A stretch of DNA of 64,000 nt from a virus: positions 1-64,000 of IMG/VR virus record IMGVR_UViG_3300025137_000023; one strand, 5' to 3'. Of this stretch, positions 27,906-37,384 are shown piece by piece (the first letter of the stretch is position 1; every line of letters starts with the position of its first letter). The notes under the pieces were generated by a model. It saw nothing but the letters and a program-made list of their open reading frames with translations. It did no database searches and had not been told where the DNA came from. A program made the position numbers and the translations under genes.

Positions 27906-28610
27906 TTATACAATTCTGTATGTGTATATTTGATTAATCACATTGCCAGCCATTAAGTTAAGCATAGTAATACTTTCTTCATTTAAAGCATAAATGTATT
28001 CAGGCAAAGGCTTTTCCCTTGATCTGTTAACATACATTCTTCTAGTTTCCCAAGTCCAAGGAAACCTAATTTCTCCTGCTTCTTGGTAGTTTAATAGTGC
28101 TTCTACAACATCTTCAGGAACCCAAGTATACTTTGTTATACATTTTAGGTTGTATATACCATATGGCAGTTTGTCTGTAATGATAACGTTAGGTTCGTCT
28201 GTTAAACTTTCACTAAACTCAATTGCATTAAGTCCTGTATCTTCTGCTTTCTTTATGTAATCAACTTCATTAGTATAAAAGTCAATCATAGGAGATTCAA
28301 CTCTTATTTTACCAAACATATCGAACTGTTGTCTATAAGCAAATATCTTTAATAATGCTTCTACTTCTCTAGCATCTAAAGACCAGATACTTTTAAAACC
28401 ATATCCTGTTTGTGTAAATCCTGTTGGAGTATTTTGAAAGTCTTTTTCACGTTCACGCATTTCATTTAGTGCGTCAAGTATTGCCGTTTCACTATCGTAT
28501 TGATAACAAGTTCGCAATAAAGACACGCCTCTTCTTAAAATGAATCGTACGCGATATTTAAATCTATTATAAAATAGTCTTTCGTTAGTACCCATACTAG
28601 TACTTATCAA
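27906..28610 (-). CDS. hypothetical protein
   Basis: ORF of 234 aa. Confidence 0.6.
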   Translation of the reverse strand: MISTSMGTNERLFYNRFKYRVRFILRRGVSLLRTCYQYDSETAILDALNEMREREKDFQNTPTGFTQTGYGFKSIWSLDAREVEALLKIFAYRQQFDMFGKIRVESPMIDFYTNEVDYIKKAEDTGLNAIEFSESLTDEPNVIITDKLPYGIYNLKCITKYTWVPEDVVEALLNYQEAGEIRFPWTWETRRMYVNRSREKPLPEYIYALNEESITMLNLMAGNVINQIYTYRIV

Positions 28611-28629
28611 CTATTTTTTTATGGAAAAA

Positions 28630-30960
28630 TTATGCTTCTTTTGGTTTGAATTGATCTAAGACAATTAGTCCGTCTTGATCCACGCCAGGTGCCTGTGCAA
28701 TCTTATCAATTATAATATTATCTGTTTTATATTCAAATTCAAATTTGTCTTTAACATACTTTAGTATAATTTTTGTTCCTGCTATAGGCTTGTCTATAAT
28801 AATTGATTTAGCCAACGGAATTTTAATGTCGTTTTCAATTACACGTCTTAAAGGTCTTGCACCCATTAACGGATCGTAACCACGTTTAGAAAGTTCTTCT
28901 ACTGCACTCTCTGAAACTGTTAGATGTAAACCTTTTTCAATCATTAATTCATTTATGTCATCAATAAACTTAATAACAATCTTTCTCATAATACCACTGT
29001 CTAACTTGTTAAACTTAATAGTACCATCTAATCTATTTCTAAATTCAGGAGCAAAAAACTTTTTAACTTCTTCTGTACTAGCATTGTCATTTTCTGTAGC
29101 ACCAAATCCAATACCCATTTTCTCTGACTCTTTAGCACCTAAGTTACTTGTCATTAATACAATACAGTTTCTAGCATCTGCTTTTTTACCATTTGTACTT
29201 GTTACAAATCCTTCATCCATTAAACTTAACAATACATTTGTTACGTCTGGGTGTGCTTTTTCAATCTCATCAAATAAAATAATTGCATTAGGATCTTTTT
29301 CAACTTGACTCACAAGTAATCCACCACCTAAGTTTCCATCTTCATAACCAACATATCCTGGAGGTGCACCAATAAGTCTTGCGACTGTGTGTTTCTCTTG
29401 ATACTCTCCCATATCAAACCTTAGTAGTTTCATATGTAAATGTTCACTTAACAGTTTAGCCATTTCTGTTTTACCAGTACCAGTAGGTCCTACCATTAAG
29501 TAACTACCGATTGGCTTGTTATGTGCTTTAAGTCCTGCTCTTGTTATTGTAATTCTGTCCATAACTGTATCAACTGCTTTATCTTGCCCAAACAAGTTCG
29601 CTTTAATATCTGTATGAATCTTATCTAAATTTTCTTCTACTTTAACACCACTACTAGCACTACCTAATTGATCAACAGGAATCTTAACTGCTTTACTTAA
29701 TTCTTCTAGTATGTTTGGCTTGTTAATTGTAAAATTACTTCTGTTTAATAGTCTTTGTTTAGCACAAGCACTATCAATTAAGTCAATTGCTTTATCAGGC
29801 AATCTCTTGTCTGTCTGATATCTTACACTTAAATCGACACTTGCCTCAATGGCTTCTTGTGTAATTTTAGCAGTATGATATGTTTCAAACTCTTTTTTAA
29901 GTCCTTTTAATATATCTTTCGCAACTGCTGGAGTTGGCTCATCGATAGTAAGTCTATAGAACCTTCTCATTAATGCTCTATCTTTTTCAAAACTTGTATT
30001 GTATTCTTCCCACGTTGTACTTGCAATAACTCTTAATCCTTTTGTAATGTAAGGTTTAATCATCTGTGCAAAGTCAGGGCCACTACCACTAGTAGATCCT
30101 GCACCTCTCATTGTGTGTGCTTCGTCTATAAAAACAATACTACCTTTTTTAGATTGTAAACTATCAAAGACATCTTTAATTTTTTCTTCAAACTCGCCTC
30201 TGTACTTACTACCTGCAACTAGTCCACCTATATCTAAACTATAGATTGTTGCTTCTTTTAAGTACTCAGGTACTTCACCGTTTATAATTTTATTTGCTAG
30301 TCCTTCTGCAATAGCAGTTTTACCAACACCAGGATCACCAACTAACAACACGTTAGACTTGTTACGTTTACCTAGTATTTGACATAACTCTGCAAGTTCT
30401 TTACTTCTACCAATAACAGGATCAACTTTACCAGAGGTTGCTTGTACGTTTAAATTTGTACAGTACTCACTTAATGTACGTTCAACTTCTTGTGGACTAA
30501 ACGTTGCTTCTGGGTTTTCGTGTACATATGTTTCGTTAAAGAATTCTGTTAACTGTTGTTTTCCTATTCCAAATTTCTTAAACAAATATAAAGAATAACT
30601 TTTTTCTTCTGCACAAATACTTAAAAATACATCAATAGTTTGCATATGTTCTCTACCACCAAATAGTACTTGTGTGTATGCTCTATTAAATACTCTTTCT
30701 AAACCTTGTGTTCTTAAAAGTTTTACTTCACCTTCTGCATCAACTTTTTTACCAAACTTGTTGTCTGTAAGGTACTTGTTAAAAGCATCATTCAGACCTT
30801 CAAAGTCTGCACCATACTCTTCAAGCATAATTTTAAAATTCTTATAGTTGATTAATGCTAGTGATAGATGCTCAGTTGTAACGTATGAATGTCCATACTT
30901 AACTGCAAACTCACTTGCTTTTTCTACAATTAGTTCTATCTCTGGATTAGGTCTTAACAT
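28630..30960 (-). CDS. clpA: ClpA-type Hsp100 AAA+ unfoldase
   Basis: Clp N-domain (EHL), two Walker A motifs (GDPGVGKT, GPTGTGKT), GAPPGYVG, DEIEKAHPDV, IGF ClpP-docking loop; no ClpB M-domain. Confidence 0.9.
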   Translation of the reverse strand: MLRPNPEIELIVEKASEFAVKYGHSYVTTEHLSLALINYKNFKIMLEEYGADFEGLNDAFNKYLTDNKFGKKVDAEGEVKLLRTQGLERVFNRAYTQVLFGGREHMQTIDVFLSICAEEKSYSLYLFKKFGIGKQQLTEFFNETYVHENPEATFSPQEVERTLSEYCTNLNVQATSGKVDPVIGRSKELAELCQILGKRNKSNVLLVGDPGVGKTAIAEGLANKIINGEVPEYLKEATIYSLDIGGLVAGSKYRGEFEEKIKDVFDSLQSKKGSIVFIDEAHTMRGAGSTSGSGPDFAQMIKPYITKGLRVIASTTWEEYNTSFEKDRALMRRFYRLTIDEPTPAVAKDILKGLKKEFETYHTAKITQEAIEASVDLSVRYQTDKRLPDKAIDLIDSACAKQRLLNRSNFTINKPNILEELSKAVKIPVDQLGSASSGVKVEENLDKIHTDIKANLFGQDKAVDTVMDRITITRAGLKAHNKPIGSYLMVGPTGTGKTEMAKLLSEHLHMKLLRFDMGEYQEKHTVARLIGAPPGYVGYEDGNLGGGLLVSQVEKDPNAIILFDEIEKAHPDVTNVLLSLMDEGFVTSTNGKKADARNCIVLMTSNLGAKESEKMGIGFGATENDNASTEEVKKFFAPEFRNRLDGTIKFNKLDSGIMRKIVIKFIDDINELMIEKGLHLTVSESAVEELSKRGYDPLMGARPLRRVIENDIKIPLAKSIIIDKPIAGTKIILKYVKDKFEFEYKTDNIIIDKIAQAPGVDQDGLIVLDQFKPKEA

Positions 30961-31420
30961 AAATTAACTCTTTCGGTATGTTAGTGTTATCAGTTCTTTG
31001 ATGAAACGTTATTCCGTTTAAATGATCGTATTCATGTAAACAGACTCTTGCTTGTAAACCATTCAACATTTTTTTACTTTTATTTCCTTTATGATCTTGC
31101 CATTCGAATTTAATTTCTTCAGGTCTACTTACAATAATATTTTCACCTTCAAAACTTAAACACCCTTCGTCAAAATCTACCATTTTATCACTCCATTCCA
31201 AAAGTTTTGGATTGAAGAAACTATTATATTTTCCTTCTACGAAAGTAACAAATAAACTAGTATCAATACCACATTGATTCGCGGCTAGACCAATACCATG
31301 GCTTTCTCTCATAAAGCCAAACATTATAACAGATAAACGTTCGTTTTCTATTTTCTGTTCCATAGTATCAAAAACCACAGGTTGTGTAGTGATGTTTAAT
31401 AGATCATTAGTTAGTTTCAT
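30947..31420 (-). CDS. def: peptide deformylase
   Basis: GIGLAANQ, EGCLS and HEYDHLNG motifs. Confidence 0.95.
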   Translation of the reverse strand: MKLTNDLLNITTQPVVFDTMEQKIENERLSVIMFGFMRESHGIGLAANQCGIDTSLFVTFVEGKYNSFFNPKLLEWSDKMVDFDEGCLSFEGENIIVSRPEEIKFEWQDHKGNKSKKMLNGLQARVCLHEYDHLNGITFHQRTDNTNIPKELIYVKT

Positions 31421-32232
31421 AATTTCCCATTCATTATACTTAATATAACTTGTTTTTGCGAATCTGTCAAGTCTTTTGGTACATTTACCCGTAATATAAC
31501 ATAATGGTGACCATTCTGTATACCTTGATTGGCTAGTTTTATGCGGGTTTCTGGCTGACTCCCTGGTTTTATTGAATATTTGACCTTTCGACCATTAACA
31601 GTTTCTAATTCTTTCTCGGTTCCTATTATTGCTTCCCAAACAGTAATTTCTTGCATACTAAAGATATCATTTCCGCTACGTTCAAATCTAGGATGCTCAG
31701 TTTGGTTTACTACAATAAACAAATCTCCTTTTTCTACAGGACCAGGATTGCCTTTTCCTTTGTATCTAACTCTTTGCCCGTTTGGCATTCCAGGTGGTAC
31801 AGTAATATTTAATACTTCATTTTTACCAGCAATAGTAACACTTATTGTTTTACTAACTCCACTAGCAATTTCTTCTAAAGACATTGGCATTTGTAACTGA
31901 ATGTCTGATCCTTTTTGTCTGGCTCTGTGCATACCACCAGGTCTTCCAAACATACTAGCAAATAAATCTGCTACACCTTCGGGGACTTCTCCGTCAAATG
32001 AAAATGCATTACTGCCTGGGCCTCCGAATTGAAATTGACTTTGTGGATTATCGTATTGTTTACGTTTTTGTGGATCTTTGAGTGTACTATATGCTTCGTT
32101 AATTTCTTTAAACTTTTCTTCGTCTCCACCTTTGTCAGGATGATGCTTCAACCCTAACTTTTTAAATGCAGTTTTTATTTCTGCTTCAGTGGCGTTTTTA
32201 TTAACACCTAATATACTATAGTAATCTTTCAT
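31417..32232 (-). CDS. class II J-domain protein (DnaJ/CbpA-like, no Zn finger)
   Basis: DYYSILGV, HPD, G/F region, DnaJ C-terminal domain. Confidence 0.92.
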   Translation of the reverse strand: MKDYYSILGVNKNATEAEIKTAFKKLGLKHHPDKGGDEEKFKEINEAYSTLKDPQKRKQYDNPQSQFQFGGPGSNAFSFDGEVPEGVADLFASMFGRPGGMHRARQKGSDIQLQMPMSLEEIASGVSKTISVTIAGKNEVLNITVPPGMPNGQRVRYKGKGNPGPVEKGDLFIVVNQTEHPRFERSGNDIFSMQEITVWEAIIGTEKELETVNGRKVKYSIKPGSQPETRIKLANQGIQNGHHYVILRVNVPKDLTDSQKQVILSIMNGKL

Positions 32233-32275
32233 GACTATATTATACTACATCTTGTGTTAAGATGCAAGTGTTTAT

Positions 32276-32572
32276 TTAACTTTTGTTTTTGGAAGTTCCA
32301 GTGTATAAACCAAACCAAGCCGCGCCTGCACCAACTACGATACTTACTAAACCTGATTGTTCCATTGATGGACTTGGCAATGCCATATACCATAATACAA
32401 CTTTGTATAATAATACAATGTATACTGTTAAGAATAATCTTGGGAATATTCTCCAACTGTCTACTGCTTTTGCTAAATGAATTAACCATTGAAACGGGTT
32501 CTTGCTACTATCTACTTGGTTTGTGTCAACCTCAAGCTCGATGTTGATTTTCTTCTTTTGTACTTCTGACAT
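32276..32572 (-). CDS. 2-TM membrane protein (possible holin)
   Basis: WRIFPR and two TM helices; near the lysis genes. Confidence 0.5.
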   Translation of the reverse strand: MSEVQKKKINIELEVDTNQVDSSKNPFQWLIHLAKAVDSWRIFPRLFLTVYIVLLYKVVLWYMALPSPSMEQSGLVSIVVGAGAAWFGLYTGTSKNKS

Positions 32573-32620
32573 AGATACGATCTCCTAGTGTATTCTTAAC
32601 TACACTGATATTTATCGTAT

Positions 32621-33331
32621 CTAGGTGTTTTTAGGGGGTCTTTCACTATACCAGCCAACTAAACTAAATCTAGGTTCTGGTGCTACAAAACTAACAGGAC
32701 TAACGAAATGCTTGTTAAACGACGGCTTTGACACGTCTAAGAGCACTAATCTGTTGCCTATTGGGAGTATAGTTGTATGTACTTTACCCTGTTCATCTTG
32801 TAAACATAACTGCCCGCCGTACTCTGCTTTCCACTCTTTTGTAAGGTAAAACAAATAAGCAACTTTTCTAGTAGGATCATAATGTGATGTAATCCAGTTA
32901 TCGTACTTATAAAAACTAAATGTAGGGTAAGCGGTATATAGGTTATCAAACCCGGTAATGCTTTCTACCCATTCCTTAAACACTTTGCCCAAGTTAATTT
33001 CTTGTGCAAACTCTTCTGTATGTTTATTTGTGTATTTGCTATCTCTTCTAACTTTTGCAATTCTATGAAAAAATGAAAAATCATCATTGAACATAGAGTG
33101 CTGAACTTTTTGTTTTAATAGTTCACCTAAAGCAGGTTTAGTATATGGTACTTCCTCATACCAATCACCAACTCCGCCTCTGAAATCATAATTTAATGTA
33201 GGGACAGTTTCGTATAATTGATTAATATATTCTTGTGTTAATATATTATCAAGTGTTAGATAGCCCTTGTCAGCGAAATGATCCTTGTACGCCTGTTGTA
33301 CATCTGGATCGAAAACTCCCAGATTGAACAT
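32621..33331 (-). CDS. 2OG-Fe(II) prolyl-hydroxylase-like oxygenase
   Basis: H.D, YL...W..EYGG.L, H.VSPV and R.SL.GWY motifs. Confidence 0.8.
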   Translation of the reverse strand: MFNLGVFDPDVQQAYKDHFADKGYLTLDNILTQEYINQLYETVPTLNYDFRGGVGDWYEEVPYTKPALGELLKQKVQHSMFNDDFSFFHRIAKVRRDSKYTNKHTEEFAQEINLGKVFKEWVESITGFDNLYTAYPTFSFYKYDNWITSHYDPTRKVAYLFYLTKEWKAEYGGQLCLQDEQGKVHTTILPIGNRLVLLDVSKPSFNKHFVSPVSFVAPEPRFSLVGWYSERPPKNT

Positions 33332-33589
33332 TTACTTTTTCTTTTCTAACTTTTCTAATCTTGCTTCTATTTTATCTAATCTAGATGGCTGTTGTTGAAA
33401 CCAAGTCCAACCCCAACGATTTACTAAAAAATCTATAGTAGCATCAAACTTACTGTATAACCAAAGTCCAATTCTTGTACTTTTAAAATAAGTTGAAAAT
33501 GCTAATCCAAATAATGAACCAACTAAAGCAGTCCATATCCATAAACGATTGCTCGCCATCTCAGATATCATGTTTGAAATATATTCCAT
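33332..33589 (-). CDS. membrane protein
   Basis: N-terminal TM helix and coiled-coil tail. Confidence 0.6.
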   Translation of the reverse strand: MEYISNMISEMASNRLWIWTALVGSLFGLAFSTYFKSTRIGLWLYSKFDATIDFLVNRWGWTWFQQQPSRLDKIEARLEKLEKKK

Positions 33590-33614
33590 ATTAATCCTTT
33601 ATTAGTATTATTTA

Positions 33615-33842
33615 TTAAAACGGACAGGACAATAATGCTTTAGGCTGTATACGAATAGTATGATCGCCTATTACTTCAACATCATTAGATTGCTTGTCTG
33701 ATTGTTCTACGCCGTCTTTGTTTACTTCAACTTTTTTCTCTTGTACTGTAACATCGGCGCTTGGATCTATTTTACAGTTTTTGTATTGTAGACTGCATCC
33801 ACTCATAAGAACTACGAGTGTAGACAATAACACAAGTCTCAT
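33615..33842 (-). CDS. small lipoprotein
   Basis: signal peptide with MSGC lipobox. Confidence 0.6.
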   Translation of the reverse strand: MRLVLLSTLVVLMSGCSLQYKNCKIDPSADVTVQEKKVEVNKDGVEQSDKQSNDVEVIGDHTIRIQPKALLSCPF

Positions 33843-34027
33843 TACTTTCTTACTGAATCTATAAAGTTGTAAACTCTGCCAAATTGTTTATCAATACTAA
33901 TTAAATCTTGTTGAATCATATTGACTAAAATTTGAAGTTCCATTAACGTAATTAACGTCCAAGAAGCCAACCCTAATAGGATCGTACCTAATAAGCCTAT
34001 CAGCATTGTATTAGTTTTTCTTGTCAT
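33842..34027 (-). CDS. single-TM protein
   Basis: TM helix and coiled coil; coupled to the spanin. Confidence 0.55.
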   Translation of the reverse strand: MTRKTNTMLIGLLGTILLGLASWTLITLMELQILVNMIQQDLISIDKQFGRVYNFIDSVRK

Positions 34028-34413
34028 TATTTGTCTTTTGGAGAATCTTTAGGTTCGTAGTATTCTTTATACTCGTTGATTATATTATCTTGTTGAATTA
34101 AATATGCTCTAATTTGAGCAAAGTTAATAGATAATGCTTCATAGCCTTCATCAGTTAAACCAAATATAACTGCATCAGTATTTTGTTCTTTTAATTTAGC
34201 AAATACTTCTTCAGCATTTTCACTGTTAATGATAATCCATTTGATATCAGATAAGTTTGCCGGAACCGGTTTCTCTAAATTAAGAGGTAGTCTCGGTTCT
34301 TCTTTAGTAAAAATTTCTAACTGTTTGACTGCCGTGCTACAACTAGTAAGGAACGTAACTAGGATTAGCAAGACTAGGACATTCAGGATTGATTTCTGAC
34401 TTCTTAGTAGCAT
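34027..34413 (-). CDS. o-spanin-like lipoprotein
   Basis: LTSC lipobox; overlaps the 3' end of the i-spanin candidate. Confidence 0.65.
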   Translation of the reverse strand: MLLRSQKSILNVLVLLILVTFLTSCSTAVKQLEIFTKEEPRLPLNLEKPVPANLSDIKWIIINSENAEEVFAKLKEQNTDAVIFGLTDEGYEALSINFAQIRAYLIQQDNIINEYKEYYEPKDSPKDK

Positions 34414-34828
34414 TTTTCTCTTTCTCGGTTAAAGGACTGCCCATTGCAATATCAAAACATCTTTTTGCGTTTGCACTTCCTTTATTGATTATTTTCTCTA
34501 TTACTTTTGATTTCTTAATGGCAAGGTCACCCAAATCTCTCTGGTCTCCTTTGCCATTAACTTTATTAAATTTGTTGTCTAATACTTTTATTTCTTTGTT
34601 TAGTGTATCGACTAAAACATTAAGTCTTTTATTAGTTTCGTTAATTGCCACAAAGTCTGCTTTCATTTGAGCAAGTGCCTGTTTTTGATCTTCAACACCT
34701 TGTTCTAATAACATATTGTTGGCTTCACTTGTTGCCAAATCGGCTTTAAGATTCTTAACGTAAATAAACCCGCCACCTGCTCCTGCAAGTACGAGTAACA
34801 ATAATCCTATTTTTAGTCCACTAAACAT
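34343..34828 (-). CDS. i-spanin-like protein
   Basis: N-terminal TM, long coiled coil, C-terminal Cys residues; follows the endolysin. Confidence 0.65.
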   Translation of the reverse strand: MFSGLKIGLLLLVLAGAGGGFIYVKNLKADLATSEANNMLLEQGVEDQKQALAQMKADFVAINETNKRLNVLVDTLNKEIKVLDNKFNKVNGKGDQRDLGDLAIKKSKVIEKIINKGSANAKRCFDIAMGSPLTEKEKNATKKSEINPECPSLANPSYVPY

Positions 34829-34834
34829 AAAGTA

Positions 34835-35347
34835 TTAACCTACTAATTTTTTTGCTAGTTCTGTGGTTTCATTAACACGTCTTGTCCAGCCTCTGCCAAA
34901 TGTAGCAAAGTGACTTAATTTTTCATAATAGGCTTGTCTGTTACTTTGATAAGTTTCAATAGTATCTACAAGTCCATTATCGTCCACATATTCTTTTAAT
35001 TTTGCTAAAGTGTTAGGACCAATTCCGCCGTCTGCTACTGTACCAATCATTGTTTGTAAGTATTTTGCGGCTCTACCGGGACCTGCGTTTACACCAAAGT
35101 CGAATACACATAAGTCTAATCCACCTGGTAGTTCATCGCCTTTCATTTTATCCCAATATCCTTTTTTGTAAATTGGTGCGACGTCTTCGACTAACAAGTC
35201 TTTCATATCTTTTGTGCCGCCGTGTTCTAAGTACACTTTTTTTGTAACTCCTAGGTTAGTTTCCCCACCTGGATCGTTAGGGTGATTTACATAACCACCT
35301 TCGTGATGTAGAATTGCTTCTAAACATTTATCATAATTTGATTGCAT
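34835..35347 (-). CDS. endolysin, glycoside hydrolase family 108
   Basis: HEGGYVNHPNDPGGETNLGVT, FDFGVNAG, DG.IGP.T and FGRGW..R motifs. Confidence 0.93.
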   Translation of the reverse strand: MQSNYDKCLEAILHHEGGYVNHPNDPGGETNLGVTKKVYLEHGGTKDMKDLLVEDVAPIYKKGYWDKMKGDELPGGLDLCVFDFGVNAGPGRAAKYLQTMIGTVADGGIGPNTLAKLKEYVDDNGLVDTIETYQSNRQAYYEKLSHFATFGRGWTRRVNETTELAKKLVG

Positions 35348-35360
35348 TGTCTTTGCCTTT

Positions 35361-35930
35361 TTAAGTTTTTATATTGGCAAGAGACTGTATGAATGATGTG
35401 TCTTTATCTTTAGGCGCTTTTCGATATCTTTTATTAGGATCTAAGCCAGCCTGCATCATCATATCATCAAGCTCTTGTTCCTGCATTAGTCTATTTCTGT
35501 ATGCTTTAGGACTAGTTGGAATAACTTTTAAATTTTCTTCTGTTACAGGTAAAGGGTATTCGTTCTTATAATATGCAAATTGCCAATCCTGCTCTTTAGT
35601 AAGATGATTTAAGTCGCCTAATAATTCAACAATTTTATTCGGTGAATTAGTTCTACGATTAAATTCAACAAATACTGTAACTTTGCCTCTATCATCTGTT
35701 GCTGGACTTTGATTGGCATCTAGTACCCATTCATATCCAGATTCAATAAATTCAACTAGATCTTTTGCCGCTTCTTTGTGCATGGCTTTAAAACCTAAAA
35801 CAACAACTTGATCATCTTCGCCCATTTTACTTTTGAATCTATCAATAGTTACTGTGGGATCGATTAGATCAAATAAGTCTCCATTACGAAGACCTTCAAA
35901 TAATTTATTCTTGGGATTCTGTGTTGTCAT
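35361..35930 (-). CDS. conserved hypothetical late protein
   Basis: LFEGL...ID.FKSKMG.D; coupled to the next ORF. Confidence 0.65.
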   Translation of the reverse strand: MTTQNPKNKLFEGLRNGDLFDLIDPTVTIDRFKSKMGEDDQVVVLGFKAMHKEAAKDLVEFIESGYEWVLDANQSPATDDRGKVTVFVEFNRRTNSPNKIVELLGDLNHLTKEQDWQFAYYKNEYPLPVTEENLKVIPTSPKAYRNRLMQEQELDDMMMQAGLDPNKRYRKAPKDKDTSFIQSLANIKT

Positions 35931-36420
35931 TTTCTGTACCATCTAAATCTAGGTCTTGTTGATAAGCACTGTTAATATCATCTAAGTCTACTTTTTCACC
36001 TTCAATTTCCATTGTGCCACGATATATATCTGACATAATAGTTTTAGGCATTCTGATTTCAACTAACCAAATAGGATCTGTTTTTAATTTAGGATATCTT
36101 CCACCTGGAGCATAATCGTCTGGTGCTTTAACAGTTACAGGACTTTCTAATACATCTTTTTTATAGTTAACTTTGATGTTATAGTCAAGTAATCTTTTTG
36201 CACCTATAGGCTCTGGCATCATTTTATGAGGCCACATAAAACTACACGTTACCCAATGTTTATCAACTTTAGGTCCCGCTACTAGTTCGCCTTTAATCCA
36301 GTTTTCGTAAACATATAAATGAACACTGTCTAAAACACGTTCAAAGTCTACTAGTGTAGCCATAAAACTTTCGGCTTGGTATAGTTTATTAACGTTTTCC
36401 GCTATATCTTTTGAATTCAT
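35905..36420 (-). CDS. conserved hypothetical late protein
   Basis: DFERVLD...NW..GELV.GP; ATAAATA upstream at about 36452. Confidence 0.65.
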   Translation of the reverse strand: MNSKDIAENVNKLYQAESFMATLVDFERVLDSVHLYVYENWIKGELVAGPKVDKHWVTCSFMWPHKMMPEPIGAKRLLDYNIKVNYKKDVLESPVTVKAPDDYAPGGRYPKLKTDPIWLVEIRMPKTIMSDIYRGTMEIEGEKVDLDDINSAYQQDLDLDGTENDNTESQE

Positions 36421-36568
36421 GATTTACTTACCGTCTTTTCGTTACTCAAAGTATTTATCCTTTTTAAAGGTTCTAACTTATTATCGCTTATTTCTCGTCT
36501 AGAAGAGTTAAATATTTTTAAGTATATGACAACTCATATACCCCAACATTAAACGCAGGAGGTTCAAA

Positions 36569-37297
36569 TTGGGCAAACGTAGACACAGAAAAGAAGAATA
36601 TATGTATATCTCACAAGATAATCACTATAATAACACTGCACGACATAAAAAACAAGTCAATATAATTCCTAGAAGTAGAACGCAGGAATCCTATGTAGAT
36701 GCATTACTCACGTCAAATAAGAGTATTGTATTTGCTTCAGGACCAGCAGGAACGGGTAAAACCCTTATTGCTATGCTTTCGGCTATTAAACATTTTAAAC
36801 AAGGAGAAGTTGATAAAATTATTATGACCAGACCAGCAGTTGGTGTAGATGATGAGAAACATGGATTCTTACCAGGTGATCTCAACCAAAAAATGGAACC
36901 ATGGACTCGTCCATTGTTCGATGTTTTACACGAATATTACTCTCCTAAAGAAACAGCCAAAATGCTAGACGAACAAATCATCGAAATATCACCCCTAGCA
37001 TTTATGAGAGGTCGCACATTTAAAAATGCATATATCGTCGCAGACGAAATGCAAAATGCAACGCCAAATCAGATGAAGATGCTATTGACCAGAATCGGCG
37101 AAGGAAGTAAAATTGTTGTAACCGGAGATGTTAAACAGACTGATCGAAGTAATAAAGACAACGGCTTATTAGATTTCATGAAACTTGTACAAACAAAAGA
37201 TTCAAAATATATTGAATGTGTACAATTTTCACATAATGATATTGAACGTCATCCAGCAGTAACGGAGGTATTAGCAATTTATGGTGATAATGATTAA
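36569..37297 (+). CDS. phoH: PhoH-like ATPase
   Basis: GPAGTGKT, GFLPGDL, AFMRGRTF, DEMQN, LTRIG and GD..Q.D motifs; TTG start with GGAGG RBS. Confidence 0.95.
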   Translation: MGKRRHRKEEYMYISQDNHYNNTARHKKQVNIIPRSRTQESYVDALLTSNKSIVFASGPAGTGKTLIAMLSAIKHFKQGEVDKIIMTRPAVGVDDEKHGFLPGDLNQKMEPWTRPLFDVLHEYYSPKETAKMLDEQIIEISPLAFMRGRTFKNAYIVADEMQNATPNQMKMLLTRIGEGSKIVVTGDVKQTDRSNKDNGLLDFMKLVQTKDSKYIECVQFSHNDIERHPAVTEVLAIYGDND

Positions 37298-37311
37298 GTA
37301 AATTTTATAAT

Positions 37312-37378
37312 GTAGTGTTCCGGACACTACTGCTATGAATACTGTATCGGTGATTATGGGTGAGCCGAAACCCACCCA
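37312..37378. terminator. two hairpins between the convergent phoH and transporter genes
   Basis: GTAGTGT-TCCGG-ACACTAC and TGGGTG-N10-CACCCA. Confidence 0.45.
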
Positions 37379-37384
37379 CTATCT

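Noticed and set aside
36421-36568. Pho box upstream of phoH
   Set aside because: No CTGTCA-type tandem repeat is visible.
37298-37384. Hammerhead or other ribozyme between phoH and the transporter
   Set aside because: GAAA is present but there is no CUGAnGA core; simple terminator hairpins explain it.
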